Assembly (NCBI GenBank): GCA_963796965.1
Contig: CAWCNS010000007.1
Span: 576,001-640,000, forward strand
DNA: 64,000 nt
Reading direction: 5' to 3'
Source of the DNA: Calditrichia bacterium
Lineage (GTDB): Bacteria; Calditrichota; Calditrichia; JAJRVZ01
The position numbers were made by a program, and so were the translations under genes. Position 1 is the stretch's first letter. Each line of letters starts with the position of its first letter. Below the pieces are notes generated by a model. That model did not search any database. It was not told where the DNA came from and was given only the letters and a program-made list of their open reading frames with translations. Shown here piece after piece: positions 60,905 through 64,000 of this stretch.

Positions 60905-63213
60905 TCATGGTTTTTGCGTCGAGAAATTAAGCATTTTCTCCGGATCCTTTACCGTCAAAAACATCCCCCATCCACCACCAATCTGGTCAATTTTGACGAG
61001 GACCTTATTCCAGCCTTTATTAAATGTTACATCAACCAAATCTGAATTGGGTGTCGCTTTCCTTAATATATTACGATCATGAACCAATTTGTCATTGAAA
61101 TAGACGCGCACCCCATCATTACTCCCAACACCTAGTTGCGTGGAAAATTCCACAGGAGAACGAATAAAGCAGAGCCCATAGGCGATTCCGATCGTATCTG
61201 GATCAAATACCTTTGTAAAATCCACATATAATCCGTCATCCTCATTCCAATCCCTCCAGATTACCTTCGTTCCGGCCACACCATGGTATTCCTTCTCAAA
61301 GTAAAGCTCATATTCGGGCGGCTGCTTTGTCTGTAATAAACTGGCTTTTGGACCATCAAAAGGACCAATGATTTTTAAGTTTTGGACAAAACGAAAATCA
61401 CCGGAGAGGATTTGTAGAAAAAGAGCTAAGATCAGAACGTTCGGATTGGTAGATAATACCGTTTTCTGATACAATAGCCTTAAACGTATTCAACATAGAC
61501 TTATCGATGGGCGTCTGATTTTGAATCTGCTCCTGGCCTTGAAACCAGAGATCTGCATAATAGATCGGCAAGTGCGCCTTTTTAACCCTGGATAAAATCA
61601 CCGGATCATCAGTCACCAGATTTTCGGCTTCCTCAAACAAAGAATGGGCTTTTTCTAGCCTCTCAGATGTGAGAAAACCCATCTCATCCACATTGGAGAA
61701 GAGGTTAAAGTGTTGATCGGTTGGAATGACGGCCGCATGCATCATATCAAAATACGCACGAATCGGACCTGATGCAGAACCATACACGCCCTGCATAAAA
61801 TCATCAATCACAGCATCAACATCGATAGTGGGATTCCAAAGTAGTTTTGCCAGCACATAGGAACGCAATTCTGCCCATTCGCCGCCGCCGCCCTCCTGTG
61901 AATCTCCCTGACAAAACAGGCCGGAGACACCCTGATTGCGATAAAACTGTATATCCTTTTTTATGGCATTAAAGTTGGGAAAGGGCATCAGATAATGACT
62001 AAAGTTTGTTACATAATGCCAGGCATACATTTTAGCACCTTTTTTCCGCCAATCCCTGAGATTTTGGACATAATCTGCATTTAATTCACAGTCTTCTAAC
62101 GGATGTGCGTCGCAACTGGGTTGCATGTGACAGATACGGATAATGACATTATCTCTAACAGGCAGTGATTTTGGTGGTTTTTGGGTATAGGTATAGGCAA
62201 AGGTATCAAATAATTTTCCCGGATATTTATCAGCAAAAGAATCTGCAATGGCATTAACAAAATTAAGAACTGAAGCAGCATGACTACCTTCTCGTTCATC
62301 TAACGCCTGGCAGGATGGACATTCACACCAGTCTTCCCAGTCATTTTGGGTAATAGATATGATATCAGCTCCGGGCTCCTCCAACAACCATCGCTCGATC
62401 TCCGCGATTGAAATACGCAATACATCCGGATTGGTAAGGCAGATTTGTCCTCGATCGCCCACACGTTTACCTTTTACTAATGAAAAGTACTCGGGATGTT
62501 CTTGAAAATATTTTTTAGGAGGTACAAGTGCGTAAAAGGTATGGCCAAGATGGCCCTTGGCATAGCGCATCTTCCCGCCAACCTCTTCTGGTAGATCAGC
62601 ACCATAACCATTTATTTTATTATGGCTGGCCCATGCCCGATCAAAGGCCTCTGTATAGAATGGCATCCGGTATTCAAATGCCGGTTTTTGTCTGTCATTG
62701 ATCGCAGGCAGTGCGATCGTTTTCTTTTCAGGAATCGTGAATTACTTCATGAGTATACCAGCGACAACCGAGATAATCTTCCAGGAAAGTAAACACACCA
62801 TACATCGTACCACGTTTTTTTCCACCGAGAATAAAGAGATCATTGCCCTTGGTTTGAATAAGAAAATCCTCATCTCCAAACTCAGATAGTTCTAATCCAC
62901 TGAGTAATGAGTCAGTGAGTGGATTTTGCCCAACAAATATGCGATGATCGGCAGGAGCATCAGAGATAGACAATATATCCATCTCATATGAACTGATCTT
63001 TTTTAACGTCTTCTGCAATTCTTTTGCCGCATAACGTTCAGATAAAGAGGCCTTTTCGGACAAAACAATTGTATATTTTGAATTGCCCTCCTCAACTAAA
63101 GTCAGCTGAGGTGCATTCGAACAGGATATACCAAAAACCAGCATAAAGATGATAAAAACTAATTTGCATGGAATCCATTTATTTATACTTGTCACTTTAT
63201 AGTACTCTCCCAT
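60905..63213 (-). CDS. DUF4838-domain lipoprotein with C-terminal beta-sandwich; two frameshifts
   Basis: YAAKELQ, RGTMYGVFTFLEDYLGCRWY, HTF..HPEYFSL..QICLTNP, YVLAKLLWNP, GSNDGVRVYFN. Confidence 0.82.
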
Positions 63214-63254
63214 AGACAACCTGTCCTTTTTTTTCACGCAAAATCACAAAGATC

Positions 63255-63486
63255 TTTGTCCACGAATTACACGAATTTTCACTAATTAAAAATATTATAT
63301 TATTTTTGATATCCTTAACACTGAGATCTATAGTAATTCGTGGATCATCTTTAAGATTCCGAAATAAATTCGGAATGACTCCCTTCGTGCGATATCACTA
63401 TTTTATTATTTCTTCGCGTCTTTGCGTTTCTGCGAGAGATCAAATTTAATTCGTGAAATTCGCTAAAATCCGTTTAATTCGTGGAT
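63255..63486. repeat. CCACGAATTACACGAATT palindromic element with nested REP-like and CTGCG modules
   Basis: TCCACGAATT... and ...AATTCGTGGA ends; similar element at 56395-56510. Confidence 0.75.
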
Positions 63487-64000
63487 TAAACCAACGGTGT
63501 TTGCCCTGGCAGCGAAACCGGAACGACCGGCAATGGTCCCATTTCATATTTGGCCGGTGACAAATCCTGTTTTGATGCCTTCATGATCCAGTCCCATTTT
63601 AATTCACGGCCCGTATAAGCGCTGGTCCGCCCCATAATCGCCGTCATAGTCGCCTCGGCTACCAGTTTACCATCATTCATATACTCACCTTTTCGGATGC
63701 CATCAATCAGATGTGCGAACAGAACTTCTTCCGGATTCTTTTTTTCACCCTCAAACCGCCAGGGATTTTCACCCTCAATCCGTGCTGTTGCCCGGTCTAC
63801 CGTTCCCCAGCCTTTGCTACCCTGGATACGATTTGAAACACGGTTTGTTGTACCCGCCATTTGTGCCGACATGGCCAGATTCCGCATGCCACCTTCATAT
63901 TCATATTCGACTGTAAAATGATCATAGATATTACCAAACTCCGGACCTGTTCGCACTGCTCTTCCCCCCATGCCCAAACAGGATACGGGTGTACTATCCA
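63486..64000 (-). CDS. Gfo/Idh/MocA-family oxidoreductase, C-terminal part
   Basis: GMGGR..GNIYDHFTVEYEY, AEATMTAIMGR.SAYTG; runs off the window end. Confidence 0.85.
   Translation of the reverse strand, partial: DSTPVSCLGMGGRAVRTGPEFGNIYDHFTVEYEYEGGMRNLAMSAQMAGTTNRVSNRIQGSKGWGTVDRATARIEGENPWRFEGEKKNPEEVLFAHLIDGIRKGEYMNDGKLVAEATMTAIMGRTSAYTGRELKWDWIMKASKQDLSPAKYEMGPLPVVPVSLPGQTPLV

Noticed and set aside
1676..63213. Mass pseudogenisation or programmed frameshifting in about 15 split genes
   Set aside because: Single-base shifts in otherwise well-conserved genes of unrelated function fit uncorrected long-read error better; read polishing would decide.
1..64000. rRNA, tRNA, prophage, reverse transcriptase or integrase genes
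   Set aside because: None recognised by eye; a small structured RNA could have been missed without a covariance search.

Overview
AT-rich bacterial chromosomal segment. A Calditrichota/FCB-like heterotroph is inferred from the T9SS-type NYPNPFNP C-terminal domain, a FISUMP lipoprotein and a Reg_prop sensor kinase. Most genes lie on the minus strand and encode secreted carbohydrate/sulfate-active enzymes (GH3, GH92, GH106, two BNR/sialidase-like proteins, sulfatase, DUF4838), transporters (ABC permease with PadR, SSS, BASS), two-component regulators, two toxin-antitoxin pairs (Phd/RelE-ParE, AbiE) and an archaeal-type thymidylate synthase homologue. About 15 genes are split by single-base frameshifts, probably long-read errors. 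The notable structure is non-coding: (1) a decayed integron-type cassette array with attC sites, chimeric deletion products and an internally deleted IS1182 at 25.4-29.1 kb and 33.3 kb, with no integrase in the window; (2) a 22-bp-phased array of palindromes with variable 10-nt spacers directly behind an HU-like/DUF4469 DNA-binding gene; (3) a nested family of intergenic palindromic elements, including a ~250-bp composite element, tiny CCTG-footed hairpins seen at both filled and empty sites, and 142-bp inverted repeats around a three-gene block; (4) a decayed general-stress island at 43-47.8 kb. No rRNA, tRNA or CRISPR was seen. All family assignments are from motif recognition by eye, not database searches.
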